64,000 nucleotides of DNA from Candidatus Onthousia faecipullorum (GCA_018715925.1 DVKQ01000008.1:1562-65561); one strand, 5' to 3'; numbered from the stretch's first letter, positions 25,779 through 37,757 are shown. Numbers and translations: made by a program. The notes: generated by a model not told the origin, from the sequence alone.

Positions 25779-26141
25779 TTAGAACTCTAGTCCATTTTCA
25801 CGTGCTGCATCTGCTAATGCTTTAACACGTCCATGATAAAGATATCCACCTCTATCAAATACTACTTTTTTAATGCCAGCTTTTTCACATTTTTTAGCGA
25901 TACTAGCACCTACAGCAGTAGCTGCTTCAATATTTGATTTATTCTTTAAATTTAAATCTTTATCTCTAGAAGAAGCAGATACTAAAGTAGTAGAACTCTC
26001 ATCATCTATAACTTGTGCATAAATTGCAGTGTTTGATCTAAATACATTTAGTCTTGGAATCTCACTTGTTCCACATAAATGAGTTCTAATTCTAGCATGA
26101 CGTACTTCTCTCATGCTATTTCTTGACTTTTTACTAATCAT
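25779..26141 (-). CDS. rplR: 50S ribosomal protein L18
   Basis: L18 family. Confidence 0.9.
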   Translation of the reverse strand: MISKKSRNSMREVRHARIRTHLCGTSEIPRLNVFRSNTAIYAQVIDDESSTTLVSASSRDKDLNLKNKSNIEAATAVGASIAKKCEKAGIKKVVFDRGGYLYHGRVKALADAARENGLEF

Positions 26142-26164
26142 ATATTTCTCTCCTTCCTACTAGC

Positions 26165-26695
26165 TTAAGCAGCTTTCTTTCCTTCTTTACGTCTAATATG
26201 TTCATCTTTATAGCGAATACCTTTACCTTTATATGGTTCAGGGCGACGTACTTTTCTTACGTTGGCAGCAAATTCACCAACTAAGGCTTTATCAATACCT
26301 TTAACTGTTATTTCTGTATTAGATGATGCTTCTACAGTAAGCCCTTCAGGTATAGTAAGCTCTACAGGATGAGAATACCCAGCATTGATAGTTAATTTTT
26401 TACCGCTTACATTGAAACGATATCCAACACCTACTATTTCTAGTCCCTTCTCATATCCTTTAGTTACACCTGTAATCATATTTTGAAGAAGTGCATTCAT
26501 TGTTCCATGCATTGCTTTTACTGCATCGCTTACTCTTGTTAATGTTATTTCATTATCTTTTTGTTCCATGCTAATTCCTTTTAGCATCTTCCCGCTCAAG
26601 CTTCCCTTTGGGCCAGTAACTGTTACGATTCCGTTTTCTTCAGTAACTGTTACTCCTGCGGGAACTTCAATTTTACGATTTCCAATACGGCTCAT
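26165..26695 (-). CDS. rplF: 50S ribosomal protein L6
   Basis: L6 family. Confidence 0.9.
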   Translation of the reverse strand: MSRIGNRKIEVPAGVTVTEENGIVTVTGPKGSLSGKMLKGISMEQKDNEITLTRVSDAVKAMHGTMNALLQNMITGVTKGYEKGLEIVGVGYRFNVSGKKLTINAGYSHPVELTIPEGLTVEASSNTEITVKGIDKALVGEFAANVRKVRRPEPYKGKGIRYKDEHIRRKEGKKAA

Positions 26696-26708
26696 TTAAA
26701 ACACCTCC

Positions 26709-27110
26709 TTACCATACATAAGCTAAGACTTCGCCACCAAGTTTATTTTTTCTTGCTTCTTTATCTGTCATAATTCCCTTAGATGTAGAAACTATTGCAA
26801 TTCCTAGTCCATTTAATACTACTGGAATTTCATCAGTTTTAGCATATACTCTAAGTCCTGGTTTAGAAATTCTCTTTAAGCCTGTTATTACTCTTTCTTT
26901 ATTTTCACCATATTTTAATGTTAGAACGATTGTACCTTGTACATCATTTTTCTCTAACTTATAATCTTTAATAAATCCTTCTTCTTTTAAAATTCTTGCT
27001 ATTTCTAATTTTAATTTTGATGAAGGAACTTTTACTTCTTCATAACGCATTGCATTAGCATTACGAATACGAGTTAACATATCTGCAATTGTATCTGTAA
27101 CTACAGCCAT
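26709..27110 (-). CDS. rpsH: 30S ribosomal protein S8
   Basis: S8 family. Confidence 0.9.
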   Translation of the reverse strand: MAVVTDTIADMLTRIRNANAMRYEEVKVPSSKLKLEIARILKEEGFIKDYKLEKNDVQGTIVLTLKYGENKERVITGLKRISKPGLRVYAKTDEIPVVLNGLGIAIVSTSKGIMTDKEARKNKLGGEVLAYVW

Positions 27111-27138
27111 CTTTTTTCCTCCTTTTCTTTACCAGTCT

Positions 27139-27324
27139 TTACCAACTTGATTTTTTAACGCCTGGTATTTGTCCTTTATAAGCCAATTCACGGAAGCAAA
27201 TACGGCAGATTCCAAATTTACTCATAACTGCATGTGGTCTGCCACAACGTGAACAACGTGTATATTCACGTACTTTGTATTTTGGCTTTCTACTTTGTTT
27301 TACAACCATACTTTTTCTTGCCAT
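27139..27324 (-). CDS. rpsN: 30S ribosomal protein S14 type Z (zinc-binding)
   Basis: 61 aa with a C4 zinc motif CSRCGRP...CRIC. Confidence 0.9.
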   Translation of the reverse strand: MARKSMVVKQSRKPKYKVREYTRCSRCGRPHAVMSKFGICRICFRELAYKGQIPGVKKSSW

Positions 27325-27337
27325 CTTTTACCCTCCA

Positions 27338-27874
27338 TTACTTTCTAAAAGGAATTCCTAAACCTTTTAATAAGTCATAAGCTTCTTCATTAGTTTTAGC
27401 AGTTGTTACGAATATAATATCCATACCACGTACTTTTACTATTTCATCATAGTTTATTTCACTAAAGATTAATTGTTCTTTAATACCTAATGTATAATTA
27501 CCACGACCATCGAAAGATTTTGGATTAACTCCTCTAAAATCACGAACTTGTGGAAGTGAGATAGAAATTAGTTTATCAACAAAGTTATACATATTATCAT
27601 TTCTAAGTGTTACTTTACAACCTATCTTTTGTCCTTCTCTTATCTTGAAACCAGCGATAGATTTCTTTGCTTTTGTAACTACTGGTTTTTGTCCAGAGAT
27701 TTTTTCAAGATCTGAAAGCGCAGCATCTAATAGTTTAGAATTTGTAGTAGCATCTCCAACACCCATATTGATAACAACTTTTTCTAGTTTTGGTACTTCC
27801 ATTATAGATTTATAACCATATTTACTCATAAGAGCTGGAACTACTTCTTTATTATATTTTTCTTTTAATGTCAT
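27338..27874 (-). CDS. rplE: 50S ribosomal protein L5
   Basis: L5 family. Start trimmed to MTLKEKY, which has a GGAGG RBS. Confidence 0.9.
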   Translation of the reverse strand: MTLKEKYNKEVVPALMSKYGYKSIMEVPKLEKVVINMGVGDATTNSKLLDAALSDLEKISGQKPVVTKAKKSIAGFKIREGQKIGCKVTLRNDNMYNFVDKLISISLPQVRDFRGVNPKSFDGRGNYTLGIKEQLIFSEINYDEIVKVRGMDIIFVTTAKTNEEAYDLLKGLGIPFRK

Positions 27875-27891
27875 TTTGTTACCTCCTTCCA

Positions 27892-28200
27892 CTAATCTAG
27901 TACTTCTTTAGATTTTGTACTTATTCTTACTTTTTTTCCATTTTTATCTGTTGTATGAGCAATTCTTGTACCTTTTTTAGTCTTAGGATCAATTATCATA
28001 ACATTAGAGGCGTCAATTGGTGCTTCTATTTCAAGAATACCACCTGAGTTATTTCCTGTAGGTTTTTGATGTTTCTTAACGATATGTACGCCTTCTACGA
28101 TAACTTTATTTTCGCTTCTAAGTGTTCTGATGATTTTACCTTCTTTACCTTTATCAGCACCGCTTATAACAACGACTTTATCTCCAACTTTTAACTTCAT
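27892..28200 (-). CDS. rplX: 50S ribosomal protein L24
   Basis: L24 KOW family. Confidence 0.9.
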   Translation of the reverse strand: MKLKVGDKVVVISGADKGKEGKIIRTLRSENKVIVEGVHIVKKHQKPTGNNSGGILEIEAPIDASNVMIIDPKTKKGTRIAHTTDKNGKKVRISTKSKEVLD

Positions 28201-28211
28201 AACTTTCCTCC

Positions 28212-28580
28212 TTATAGTACTTCTTTCGCAAGACTTACTATCTTCATATAGTCTTTATCACGAAGTTCACGTGCTACTGGACCAAAGACACGAGTTCCGA
28301 CTGGACTTTTATCATCTTTAATGATTACACATGCGTTATCATCAAATTTGATATAACTACCATCTTCACGTCTTACTCCTTTTTTACTTCTTACGATTAC
28401 AGCTTTTACAACTTTACCTTTAGGAAGTGGTGAATTTGGTATAGCATTTTTAACGGTTCCAACAACTACATCTCCGATATTTCCAGTTTTAACATGACTT
28501 CCTCCTAGCACTCTGATTACTAGTAATTCACGTGCTCCTGAGTTGTCTGCAACTTTTAATCTACTTTCTTGTTGTAACAT
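28212..28580 (-). CDS. rplN: 50S ribosomal protein L14
   Basis: L14 family. Confidence 0.9.
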   Translation of the reverse strand: MLQQESRLKVADNSGARELLVIRVLGGSHVKTGNIGDVVVGTVKNAIPNSPLPKGKVVKAVIVRSKKGVRREDGSYIKFDDNACVIIKDDKSPVGTRVFGPVARELRDKDYMKIVSLAKEVL

Positions 28581-28605
28581 AGATTATCCTCCTTTACCTT
28601 AAGAG

Positions 28606-28866
28606 TTATAGAATAACTGCTTCTTTTACGATTTCTTTTAAGTAGAAATGTTTAGTCTTAGAAATTGGTTTTGTTTCAACGATTCTAACTACATCTCCTA
28701 CTTTAGCTTTATTTGTTTCATCGTGTACACTGTATTTTTTAGATGATTTAACTCTTTTGTGATATTTTGGGTGCATTTTATGTGTTTCAACTAAAACTGT
28801 AATAGTTTTATTGTTTTTTGTACTAACAACTTTACCAACTAATTCATGTGTCATTTTCTTTTCCAT
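28606..28866 (-). CDS. rpsQ: 30S ribosomal protein S17
   Basis: S17 family. Confidence 0.9.
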   Translation of the reverse strand: MEKKMTHELVGKVVSTKNNKTITVLVETHKMHPKYHKRVKSSKKYSVHDETNKAKVGDVVRIVETKPISKTKHFYLKEIVKEAVIL

Positions 28867-28876
28867 AACTTACCTC

Positions 28877-29089
28877 CTAATCAACCTTTTCTTCTTTCTC
28901 ACGTTCTTTTAAAACGGTTTTTAGTCTTGCTACTTGGTGTCTTAACTCTCTTAGTCTAGAAGGTTTTTCTAGGTTACCCATTGCTCCACTAAATCTTAAG
29001 TTGAATAGTTCTTCTTTAGATTCTTTAAGTTTTGCATTAATCTCTTCATTTGATAATTCTCTAATTTCTTTAACCTTCATTTTCGACAC
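28877..29089 (-). CDS. rpmC: 50S ribosomal protein L29
   Basis: L29 family. Confidence 0.9.
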   Translation of the reverse strand: MSKMKVKEIRELSNEEINAKLKESKEELFNLRFSGAMGNLEKPSRLRELRHQVARLKTVLKEREKEEKVD

Positions 29090-29501
29090 CTCCTTCTTCT
29101 TTCTTTACAAATTTGCAAGTTATTGGTAATTTATGGCTTGCTAGTCTTAATGCTTCACGAGCAACGCTTTCAGAAACACCTGCTACTTCAAACATGATTT
29201 TTCCTTCTTTAACTACTGCTACCCATTCTTCAACATTACCTTTACCTTTACCTTGACGAGTACCGATAGGTTTTTTAGTTAGTGGCATATGTGGGAATAT
29301 ATTGATCCATACTTTACCACCACGTTTCATATAACGAGTCATGGCAACACGAGCTGCTTCAATTTGATTTGCTGTAATCCATGCTCCTTCTTTAGCTTGT
29401 AATCCATACTCACCAAAGTGTAACTCACGATTACCTCTTGATTTGCCTTCGTAAGGTAATCTGTGAACACGACGATATTTAGTTCTTGATGGTATTAACA
29501 C
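29070..29501 (-). CDS. rplP: 50S ribosomal protein L16
   Basis: L16 family. Confidence 0.9.
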   Translation of the reverse strand: MLIPSRTKYRRVHRLPYEGKSRGNRELHFGEYGLQAKEGAWITANQIEAARVAMTRYMKRGGKVWINIFPHMPLTKKPIGTRQGKGKGNVEEWVAVVKEGKIMFEVAGVSESVAREALRLASHKLPITCKFVKKEEGGVENEG

Positions 29502-29502
29502 T

Positions 29503-30195
29503 TTAATTACCTCCTTTAGCTTTTCTTTCTTTACTTTCTTTAGTATCTTTACTTACTTTATTCTTTGATGGTAGGATTTCGCCTTTGTAAATCCATACTT
29601 TTACACCAATTTTACCATATGTTGTATCTGCTTCACTTGTAGCATAGTCAACATCTGCTCTTAATGTATGTAGTGGGATAGTTCCTTCTGTATATCCTTC
29701 ACTACGAGCCATATCAGCACCACCTAAACGTCCTGATACTTTAGTTTTGATTCCTTTAGCTCCAGCTTTCATAGCATTTCTAATTGCACGTTTTTGAGCC
29801 ATTCTAAATGATGCTCTATTTGTAATTTGACTTGCAATTGAATCTGCAACTAATTGTGCATTAAGGTCTGCTTTCTTAATATCAACGATTGATATATTAA
29901 TGTTTTCACCAACGACTTTTGATAGTTTATCCTTAAGTTTTGTAATTTCTTCTCCACCACGACCAATGATAACACCTGGACGTGATGTATGGATAGAAAC
30001 TTCACATTTCTTTGGAGTTCTTTCTATTTCGACTTTGGCAATTCCTGCATTTTTAAGATTTTTTTCAAGGTATTCTCTAATCTTAATATCATTTACTAAG
30101 GTTTTAGATACTTCACCTTTAGGAGCATACCATTTAGCTTCCCAATCTTTGTTGATGCCAAGTCTTAGTCCGTTTGGATTAACTTTTTGTCCCAT
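29503..30195 (-). CDS. rpsC: 30S ribosomal protein S3
   Basis: S3 KH domain family. Confidence 0.9.
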   Translation of the reverse strand: MGQKVNPNGLRLGINKDWEAKWYAPKGEVSKTLVNDIKIREYLEKNLKNAGIAKVEIERTPKKCEVSIHTSRPGVIIGRGGEEITKLKDKLSKVVGENINISIVDIKKADLNAQLVADSIASQITNRASFRMAQKRAIRNAMKAGAKGIKTKVSGRLGGADMARSEGYTEGTIPLHTLRADVDYATSEADTTYGKIGVKVWIYKGEILPSKNKVSKDTKESKERKAKGGN

Positions 30196-30210
30196 TATAG
30201 TTCCTCCTTA

Positions 30211-30543
30211 TTATTTTTCAGCCACTGTTATTACGATGTGACTTGTTCTTTTATCATTATGTCCGATGTGTCCACGTGAGTCGAATAATACTCTTTTCAT
30301 TACTGGACCAGCATCTACACGTGCTTCCTTTACATATAAATCATCAGCATTTAATCCGTTATTATTTACGGCATTTGCTACTGCTGAATTTAAGACTTTC
30401 TTAGTAAGGCGAGCAGCTTTTTTATTTGTATTTTCTAATATTGCTAGAGCATCACTTACTTTTTTGCCACGAATAGTATCAATTACTAAACGAGCTTTGA
30501 TAGGTGATATTCTTTGCATTTTAGCGATTGCTTTTGCTTCCAT
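30211..30543 (-). CDS. rplV: 50S ribosomal protein L22
   Basis: L22 family. Confidence 0.9.
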   Translation of the reverse strand: MEAKAIAKMQRISPIKARLVIDTIRGKKVSDALAILENTNKKAARLTKKVLNSAVANAVNNNGLNADDLYVKEARVDAGPVMKRVLFDSRGHIGHNDKRTSHIVITVAEK

Positions 30544-30565
30544 TATTAACTCCTCCTAGTCTTTA

Positions 30566-30832
30566 TTATTTTTTGTCAGAGCCATGTCCACCATTTTTAC
30601 GAGTTAAAGCAAATTCTCCTAATTTGTGTCCAACCATGTCTTCAGTAACATAAACGGGGATAAATTCTTTACCGTTATGAACTGCAAAGGTATGGCCGAT
30701 AAATTCAGGAAAGATAGTAGAACGGCGTGACCAAGTTTTAATTACTTCTTTTTTTCCAGTTTCATTTAATTTTTGAACCTTTTTTAATAGTCTTGGAAAT
30801 ACATAAGGTCCTTTCTTTAAACTTCTAGCCAT
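30566..30832 (-). CDS. rpsS: 30S ribosomal protein S19
   Basis: S19 family. Confidence 0.9.
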   Translation of the reverse strand: MARSLKKGPYVFPRLLKKVQKLNETGKKEVIKTWSRRSTIFPEFIGHTFAVHNGKEFIPVYVTEDMVGHKLGEFALTRKNGGHGSDKK

Positions 30833-30843
30833 ATTTTATCCTC

Positions 30844-31674
30844 CTATTTACTATTACGACGACGTACAATAAATTTGTCTGTCTTTTTATTATTTCTTGT
30901 TTTATAACCAAGAGCAGGTTTACCCCATGGAGTAAGAGGTGCCTTACGTCCAACTGGAGCACGTCCTTCACCACCACCGTGTGGATGGTCATTAGGGTTC
31001 ATAACAGAACCACGAACTGTTGGGCGAATTCCCATATGACGTTTGCGTCCTGCTTTACCAAGTTTAACTAAGCTAGCATCTTCATTACCAACAACACCAA
31101 CTGTAGCCATACAAGTACCAAGTACTTTTCTTTGTTCTCCACTTGATAATCTAATCATTACATATTTTCCTTCACGTCCAAGGATTTGAGCAGAACTACC
31201 AGCACTTCTTGCTAGTGCAGCTCCTTTTCCTGGGCGAAGTTCAATGTTATGAATAACAGTACCTACTGGAATGTTCATAATAGGAAGAGCATTTCCTACT
31301 TTGATATCTACGTTTTCACCGCTTATTACTTTATCTCCTACTTTTAAGTTCTTAGGAGCGATGATGTATCTTTTCTCACCATCCATATAGTTGATTAATG
31401 CAATGTTTGCTGTTCTATTTGGATCGTATTCTATGCTTGCTACAACACCAGCGATATCTTTCTTATCTCTTTTGAAATCGATAAGACGATATTTTCTTTT
31501 AACTCCGCCACCTTGATGACGAACAGTTATTTTTCCTTGATTATTACGTCCAGAGTTTTTCTTAAGTGTTACTGTTAAGCTTTTCTCTGGGGTAGATTTA
31601 GTAATCTCTTCATTTGTTAGAGTACTCATTCCTCTACGTCCTGGTGTAGTAGGTTTATAATTTTTTATTGCCAT
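30844..31674 (-). CDS. rplB: 50S ribosomal protein L2
   Basis: L2 family. Confidence 0.9.
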   Translation of the reverse strand: MAIKNYKPTTPGRRGMSTLTNEEITKSTPEKSLTVTLKKNSGRNNQGKITVRHQGGGVKRKYRLIDFKRDKKDIAGVVASIEYDPNRTANIALINYMDGEKRYIIAPKNLKVGDKVISGENVDIKVGNALPIMNIPVGTVIHNIELRPGKGAALARSAGSSAQILGREGKYVMIRLSSGEQRKVLGTCMATVGVVGNEDASLVKLGKAGRKRHMGIRPTVRGSVMNPNDHPHGGGEGRAPVGRKAPLTPWGKPALGYKTRNNKKTDKFIVRRRNSK

Positions 31675-31690
31675 ATTTTAGTTCCTCCTT

Positions 31691-31972
31691 CTAACCAAGA
31701 TCAATTTGTTCACCATCTCTTAGAGTTACAATAGCTTTCTTATATCTATTTGTAAGTCCAGTATAGCGACCAACTCTTCTTTTTTTAGGTTTAACATTTA
31801 ATGTTCTTATTTCTTTTACATGTACTTTAAAGATTTTTTCAATAGCTTGTTTAATTTCAATTTTATTAGCTTTAGAAGAAACCTTAAATACATATTGATT
31901 CTTCTCTCCTAGAGCACCACTTTTTTCAGTGATAACAGGAGCTTTAATTATTTCTAAGTATTTAGTATCCAT
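31691..31972 (-). CDS. rplW: 50S ribosomal protein L23
   Basis: L23 family. Confidence 0.9.
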   Translation of the reverse strand: MDTKYLEIIKAPVITEKSGALGEKNQYVFKVSSKANKIEIKQAIEKIFKVHVKEIRTLNVKPKKRRVGRYTGLTNRYKKAIVTLRDGEQIDLG

Positions 31973-32598
31973 TATTTAAGAGCCTCCTCTATCTTTTTAA
32001 TAGCTTCACTTGTAAAGACTACAACATCAGAGTTAACTAAGTCTAAAACATTTAATTCATTAGCTGCTATTAAGGCAACATTTGGAATGTTTCTAGATGC
32101 TAATATTACATTTTCTGTAAAGTCTTCTACTACGAATAGTACTTTCTTATCAGCTATTTTTAATGTATTTAATAATGTAATCATTTCTTTTGTCTTTGGA
32201 GTAGTAAATGATAACTCTTCCATAACGATTACTTCATTATCATTAAACTTATGACTTAAAGCACTCTTTAATGCTAATCTTCTTTCTTTACGATTTTGTT
32301 TTTTACTGTAATCTCTTGGTACTGGAGTTCCATATCTTCCTCCACCTACCCATTGTACAGCTCTAATTGAACCTTGACGTGCGTGTCCAGTTCCTTTTTG
32401 TCTCCAAGGTTTACGTCCTCCACCGCTAACTTCAGAACGGTTTTTAGTAGAATGTGTTCCTTGTCTTAATGATGCTCTTGCTAAAATAATTGCATCATAT
32501 AATACTTTATCATTTGGGGTAATAGAAAATATTTCTTCATTTAATTTTAATTCATTTACTTTTTCACCTTTAAGATTTAAAAGATCTATCTTTTTCAT
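31972..32598 (-). CDS. rplD: 50S ribosomal protein L4
   Basis: L4 family. Confidence 0.9.
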   Translation of the reverse strand: MKKIDLLNLKGEKVNELKLNEEIFSITPNDKVLYDAIILARASLRQGTHSTKNRSEVSGGGRKPWRQKGTGHARQGSIRAVQWVGGGRYGTPVPRDYSKKQNRKERRLALKSALSHKFNDNEVIVMEELSFTTPKTKEMITLLNTLKIADKKVLFVVEDFTENVILASRNIPNVALIAANELNVLDLVNSDVVVFTSEAIKKIEEALK

Positions 32599-32652
32599 AC
32601 TTTTTTCCTCCTTTCACTACATAACATAATTTTATTTAAACTGTAGTGATGA

Positions 32653-33420
32653 TTATTCGTTTGTTGTTTCTGTTGACTCAGTAGTTGTAGCTTCTACTAC
32701 TTCTTCAGTATTAGTATTTTCTTCTACTTCAGTAGTAACTTCAGCTTCTTTCATCTCTTCATAAGTGATTAAGTCTTTAGCAGTATTTTTCTTACCTGGT
32801 TTCTTAACAGCTGTTTTAATTACTACTAGCCCTTCTTTTGGTCCAGGCACATTACCTTTAATTAAAATTACATTATTTTCTAAGTCTACTGCTACTACTT
32901 CTAAGTTTTGAACAGTAGAGTTTACGTTACCCATTTGTCCTGGTAATTTCTTACCTTTTAATACGTGCATTGGTCTCATTGTTCCAAGAGATCCTACTCC
33001 ACGATGATATTGTGAACCATGTCCCATAGGTCCACGGCTCCCGTTGTGACGTTTAATTACACCTTGGAAACCTTTTCCTTTGCTCACTCCACTAACGTCT
33101 ACAATTTCGCCAGCTTCAAACATGCTAGCATCTAATACTTGTCCTAAAGTGTAATCAGCTACATTTACGCCTTTTATTTCTCTTAAGAAGCGCTTAGGTT
33201 CAGTATTAGCTTTAGTGGTATGACCCATCTTTGGTTTGTTACTTAGTTTTTCTCTAACTGTTTTATAACCTAACTGAATTGCTTCATAACCATCTGTTTC
33301 ATTAGTTTTGATTTGTGTAACAACATTAGGTTCAACTTCTACAACAGTTACAGGAATAAGCTTACCATCAGTAGTGAATACTTGAGTCATTCCTTTTTTT
33401 GTACCTAAGATTCCTTTCAT
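32653..33420 (-). CDS. rplC: 50S ribosomal protein L3 with a ~45-aa Thr/Glu-rich C-terminal extension
   Basis: L3 family core plus an acidic low-complexity tail ([27 protein letters not shown]). Confidence 0.9.
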   Translation of the reverse strand: MKGILGTKKGMTQVFTTDGKLIPVTVVEVEPNVVTQIKTNETDGYEAIQLGYKTVREKLSNKPKMGHTTKANTEPKRFLREIKGVNVADYTLGQVLDASMFEAGEIVDVSGVSKGKGFQGVIKRHNGSRGPMGHGSQYHRGVGSLGTMRPMHVLKGKKLPGQMGNVNSTVQNLEVVAVDLENNVILIKGNVPGPKEGLVVIKTAVKKPGKKNTAKDLITYEEMKEAEVTTEVEENTNTEEVVEATTTESTETTNE

Positions 33421-33437
33421 TTTTAACTCCTCCTATT

Positions 33438-33749
33438 TTAGATTGTTTTGATTTTGATATCGACACCACTTGGTAAATCAAGATGTGCTAATGCATCAAT
33501 CGTTTCTTTACTTGGGCTTTTAATGTCAATTAATCTCTTGTGTGTTCTTCTTTCGAATTGTTCACGGCTATCTTTATCTTTGTGAACAGCTCTTAAAATT
33601 GTGAATTTTTCAATTTCAGTTGGTAGAGGTACAGGTCCAACTATATCTCCTCCAGTTCTTTTGATTGTTTCAACAATTTTAGTTACAGCATTGTCAAGTA
33701 TCTTATGATCATATGCTTTTAACTTAATACGAATCTTTTGTGTTGACAC
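33438..33749 (-). CDS. rpsJ: 30S ribosomal protein S10
   Basis: S10 family, first gene of the S10 operon. Confidence 0.9.
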   Translation of the reverse strand: MSTQKIRIKLKAYDHKILDNAVTKIVETIKRTGGDIVGPVPLPTEIEKFTILRAVHKDKDSREQFERRTHKRLIDIKSPSKETIDALAHLDLPSGVDIKIKTI

Positions 33750-33995
33750 TATTTACGTCCTCCCTTCGCCTATATCTAGTATAGACTTGCTCCGTGTGAA
33801 TAACCCGATAGCTGATTAACAACTTAACCTGGCGTATCGACAACCTCCCACATCTAAGCAGTCACACGTAATTAATATTATCATAGAAATCATTGAAATA
33901 CAAGCATTTTTTAAAAGTTTTTTGTAAAAAAAATTGACATTTATACCTTATAGAGCAGATAATGAGATAAATAAATTGTGTAAAGGAGTCTAATT

Positions 33996-34595
33996 ATGTT
34001 TACAGAAAAAGTGATAGATAATAAAAATACGAACAAATTAGATGTGTTTTTTGGTTATGCTGCTTTTACTCCGCTTTATAAAAGTAATTTAATTAATAAC
34101 GACTTATATACCTTTTATGAAGATTTTACTATAGGAAATATTAAAGATGTAGATATTCCTATAAATATTGATAAGGATAAAACTGTTAGAATTTGGAGTA
34201 GTCGTAATAACACTCAAGAGTATTTAAACTTTCTTTACTTTTGTTATAAGCTTCCTAATCAGATATCTGTTATATTTGCAAATGAATATAATAGATATGT
34301 TAATAGTGTTGGGGAAACTGTGCCAGAGGAGATTAAAGAATTATTAAAGTATGAACATAAACTTACTGATGAAGAGAAAGATAGATATAAAAATGAGTGG
34401 ATAAAATTAGCAGATGAAAATAGTGAAATAAGGCTTTTCCAAAATGGTAAAATAATTAGTACTAACTATAACTATTTAAATAGTTATATTGACAAGTACT
34501 ATGATAAAAATAATATAAGGCGGACTGTTGCTACTCTTATGGGAAATGATACTGAAAATAATTTAAGTTCTGATATTTATAACTTTTTTAATTGA
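33996..34595 (+). CDS. hypothetical protein (possible DUF1835/DUF3658-like)
   Basis: 199 aa with a GGAG RBS. A hairpin terminator follows at 34608-34640. The family assignment comes from weak motif memory (VRIWSS). Confidence 0.45.
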   Translation: MFTEKVIDNKNTNKLDVFFGYAAFTPLYKSNLINNDLYTFYEDFTIGNIKDVDIPINIDKDKTVRIWSSRNNTQEYLNFLYFCYKLPNQISVIFANEYNRYVNSVGETVPEEIKELLKYEHKLTDEEKDRYKNEWIKLADENSEIRLFQNGKIISTNYNYLNSYIDKYYDKNNIRRTVATLMGNDTENNLSSDIYNFFN

Positions 34596-34745
34596 AAGAA
34601 AACAAGAGTAATAATGGTATTTCATACTCTTGTATTATTAATATCATTTAATATAGCAATAAAAAGTTAATCTTATTTATATTTAAATTGCTTTTTTTAG
34701 GGAAATAGTGTATAATATGATAAATTTTAAGAGGGGGAAAGTTTT

Positions 34746-35633
34746 ATGTTAACAAGAGAATATGTAGAGAAAATGAGAAAGTCAGGTGATATACCAACTG
34801 TTAATTTAAAAATATTTGATAGTATTTATTCATTACCATTTAGTCAATTTGTAGTAGATCATGAAAACGATACGGAAGAACTTTATACACATTATATAAA
34901 TGATGTTTTAGAACTAAAAGATGATGATCTTATTTCTTATCTAAATGCTATTAAATCTGTAGAAATAGTAGATAATCAGTCTTTAGAAAAAGAAGATAGT
35001 TTTTTAATGAGTTTATATATGCAAACTGAGAGAACTAATGCAATTGACTTTCTAATTAATAATGGAGTTACTCTTAATAGAGATGCTTTTATAAATGCTC
35101 ATAAACTAATTTTAAAAGGAACAAGTAGTCAGAAATTTTCTGATAAAGACCATAGAACAGATAATGAAGCATTTGTTGTCAGAATAGAAAGCGGTAACCC
35201 TAAAATTCGTTATTTTGCTCTACCTTATACTGATATTGAAGAGGCAATTAAGAAAATTATGGAATTTTACAATTCTGATACCTATGATGATAGAATATTT
35301 CTAAAATCACAAATAATTCATGGACTAGTAGCATCATTACAATTATTTGACGATGGCAATACTAGATATGCACGTATTTTACAAAATCTTAAATTAAGTG
35401 AACTTACCAATAAAAAATATAACTATAATCTTCCATTACCTGCTTTGTATGGTACTAGAGCTTATTTCCCACACAGAAGTAAATATCGCGAATTGATTAG
35501 CAACCTTGCTATTAATCCTAATTATGAAAATTGGGATGCTTGGTTTAATTTTAATCTAAATAGAACAGAAGATGCTATTTTCTTTATAGATAATAAATTA
35601 ACAGCATATAAGAAAATGATTTATAGAAAATAG
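34746..35633 (+). CDS. Fic/Doc-family (Fido) protein with a degenerate motif HGLVASLQLFDDGNTRYAR
   Basis: Fic-core-like region with F-D-D-G-N-T-R-x-x-R instead of the canonical HPFx[DE]GNGRxxR. GGGGGAAAG RBS. A TTGCTT-17-TATAAT promoter lies upstream. Confidence 0.5.
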   Translation: MLTREYVEKMRKSGDIPTVNLKIFDSIYSLPFSQFVVDHENDTEELYTHYINDVLELKDDDLISYLNAIKSVEIVDNQSLEKEDSFLMSLYMQTERTNAIDFLINNGVTLNRDAFINAHKLILKGTSSQKFSDKDHRTDNEAFVVRIESGNPKIRYFALPYTDIEEAIKKIMEFYNSDTYDDRIFLKSQIIHGLVASLQLFDDGNTRYARILQNLKLSELTNKKYNYNLPLPALYGTRAYFPHRSKYRELISNLAINPNYENWDAWFNFNLNRTEDAIFFIDNKLTAYKKMIYRK

Positions 35634-35644
35634 AGGTGAATTTT

Positions 35645-36538
35645 ATGAACAGACTTATAGATTTACATATTCATAGTAATTTATCTGATGGAGAATTATC
35701 TCCTAAAGAAATTATTGATAGAGCAGTTAATAATGGGGTTAGTGTTATAGCAATAGCAGATCACGATACAACTCTTGCTTATGATGATGAGTTATTTAAT
35801 TATGCAAAAGAAAATAATGTTAAATTAATTACAGCTGTTGAGATATCCACTAGAACTAACAAATGTGGGATTCATGTCTTAGGATATAACTTTGATATTA
35901 ATAATAAAAGGTTTACTGATAAGTTATACTCGATTAGAAATGCTAGGCATATTTATTTACATAATGTTGCTACTAAATTAAAGGAATTGGGTTATATTAT
36001 TGATGTTGATTCTTTAGATAAGATTGATGCTGTTACTAAAGCTCATATTGCTCTTAATATTGTAGAAAATATGGGGAATAAAGAATTGCTATTAAAAACC
36101 TTTGGACATATTCCTAATAAAGGTGAATTTATTGAAACAATAATGAATGAAGGATGTCCTTGCTATGTAGAAAAAGAAGCTATTAGTCCTAAGGAAGCTA
36201 GTGATTTAATAAGAGAAGCTGGTGGTAAAGTAGTTCTTGCTCATCCTGTTGCATATAAATATGAAGATGGCTTAACTGATGATGACATATTAAATCTAGT
36301 TAAAGAAATGAATCCTGATGGTATTGAAGCTAATTACGTTTATTTAGATAGAAATGGTAATAAAATCAATGAAAGTACTCATTGGAATAACTTCGCTAAA
36401 TATCATAATCTAATAACGACAATAGGTTCTGACTTCCATAAAAATGATGGTATTCACTCTGACATTGGTTTATTTAATGAAGATATTGTACTAAATGATA
36501 ATGAGCTTAACTATATTATTGATAATCTTTTAAAATAA
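35645..36538 (+). CDS. PHP-domain metal-dependent phosphoesterase
   Basis: N-terminal DLHIHSNLSDG and later HD...HP His motifs of the PHP family. The ATG at 35645 has an AGAGGTGA RBS. It sits 2 nt after the Fic-like stop. Confidence 0.7.
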   Translation: MNRLIDLHIHSNLSDGELSPKEIIDRAVNNGVSVIAIADHDTTLAYDDELFNYAKENNVKLITAVEISTRTNKCGIHVLGYNFDINNKRFTDKLYSIRNARHIYLHNVATKLKELGYIIDVDSLDKIDAVTKAHIALNIVENMGNKELLLKTFGHIPNKGEFIETIMNEGCPCYVEKEAISPKEASDLIREAGGKVVLAHPVAYKYEDGLTDDDILNLVKEMNPDGIEANYVYLDRNGNKINESTHWNNFAKYHNLITTIGSDFHKNDGIHSDIGLFNEDIVLNDNELNYIIDNLLK

Positions 36539-36560
36539 AGAAAGTGCATAATAACACTTT

Positions 36561-37757
36561 CTATTTTTTATCTAATAACCAGTCTAATACGTTTATTTTT
36601 CTTATTCCGTTATATGATACTTCTGGTTCTATATCTCCTACTAGCAAAAATTTTTGATTATGGTCTTTTATACTATCAAGTGATTTTAATTCTCTTTCTA
36701 ATGTTTTTTCATCTTTAACACTTTCACTTACTTGATAATATTCAATACCCTTACTATTTATAGCGACAAAATCTACTTCTAATTCATCTACTTTACCTAT
36801 ATAAACATCATAACCACGTCTTAAGAGTTCTAAATAAACAACATTTTCTAAAATATGACCTGTATCATTTCCTTTTCTTCCTAGTATAAAATATCTTAAT
36901 CCAAGATCTGCTACATAATATTTATCACCTGTTTTTAAATACTGTTTCCCTTTTATATCATATCTAGTAGCTTTATAGAAAATAAACGACTCTAGTAAAG
37001 ATGTGATGTAATTTTCAACTGTATGTATACTTATTGTTCGTCCATTTGATACTAAAGTATCTTTTATTTTATTAGTAGAAGTTATATTACCAATATTATC
37101 TAATAAAAAACTAACTACGCTTTGAAGCATTAACATATCCGGAAACTTTCTACGTGCCATTATATCTTTTAATATTATTGAATCATATATTCCTTTAATG
37201 TATTTGTCTACATCATCTATATTATCAAAGTTAAGAACATAAGGAAATGATCCCCAAGATATGTATTTTTGAAATAACCTATCTATATTATCATCATTAT
37301 TATTTGCAGATACAAATTCTTTAAAAGATAATGGAAGCATTTTTATTTCTATATATCTTCCTGATAAAAGAGTAGCTAATTCTCCTGACAAAAGATTAGC
37401 ATTAGAGCCAGTTATGTATAAATCAATGTTTTTATTTAAATATAAACCGTCACAAGCTTTTTGAAATTCTGGTACTACTTGAACTTCGTCTATAAATACA
37501 TAGGTTTTCTTTGAACTATCTATCTTATTTAATACATAGTTATATAATTTTAAATAACTATCTAGTTCATAATAAATTGGGTCCTCTAAATTTATTCTTA
37601 TTATTTGTTGTTTTTCTATTCCAGAATTCAATAAGAATTCATTGTATAAATCAAATAAAGTTGACTTGCCACACCTTCGAATTCCAGTTATTACTTTTAT
37701 TAAGTCTTTGTCTTTAAAATGTTTTAATTGTTCTAAATATTCATCTCTTGGAATCAT
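36561..37757 (-). CDS. AAA+ ATPase, AAA_14/DUF4143 family
   Basis: Walker A GIRRCGKST, Walker B VFIDEVQ, and a DUF4143-like C-terminal half. TTGACA-17-TATAAT promoter at about 37800-37835. Confidence 0.7.
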   Translation of the reverse strand: MIPRDEYLEQLKHFKDKDLIKVITGIRRCGKSTLFDLYNEFLLNSGIEKQQIIRINLEDPIYYELDSYLKLYNYVLNKIDSSKKTYVFIDEVQVVPEFQKACDGLYLNKNIDLYITGSNANLLSGELATLLSGRYIEIKMLPLSFKEFVSANNNDDNIDRLFQKYISWGSFPYVLNFDNIDDVDKYIKGIYDSIILKDIMARRKFPDMLMLQSVVSFLLDNIGNITSTNKIKDTLVSNGRTISIHTVENYITSLLESFIFYKATRYDIKGKQYLKTGDKYYVADLGLRYFILGRKGNDTGHILENVVYLELLRRGYDVYIGKVDELEVDFVAINSKGIEYYQVSESVKDEKTLERELKSLDSIKDHNQKFLLVGDIEPEVSYNGIRKINVLDWLLDKK

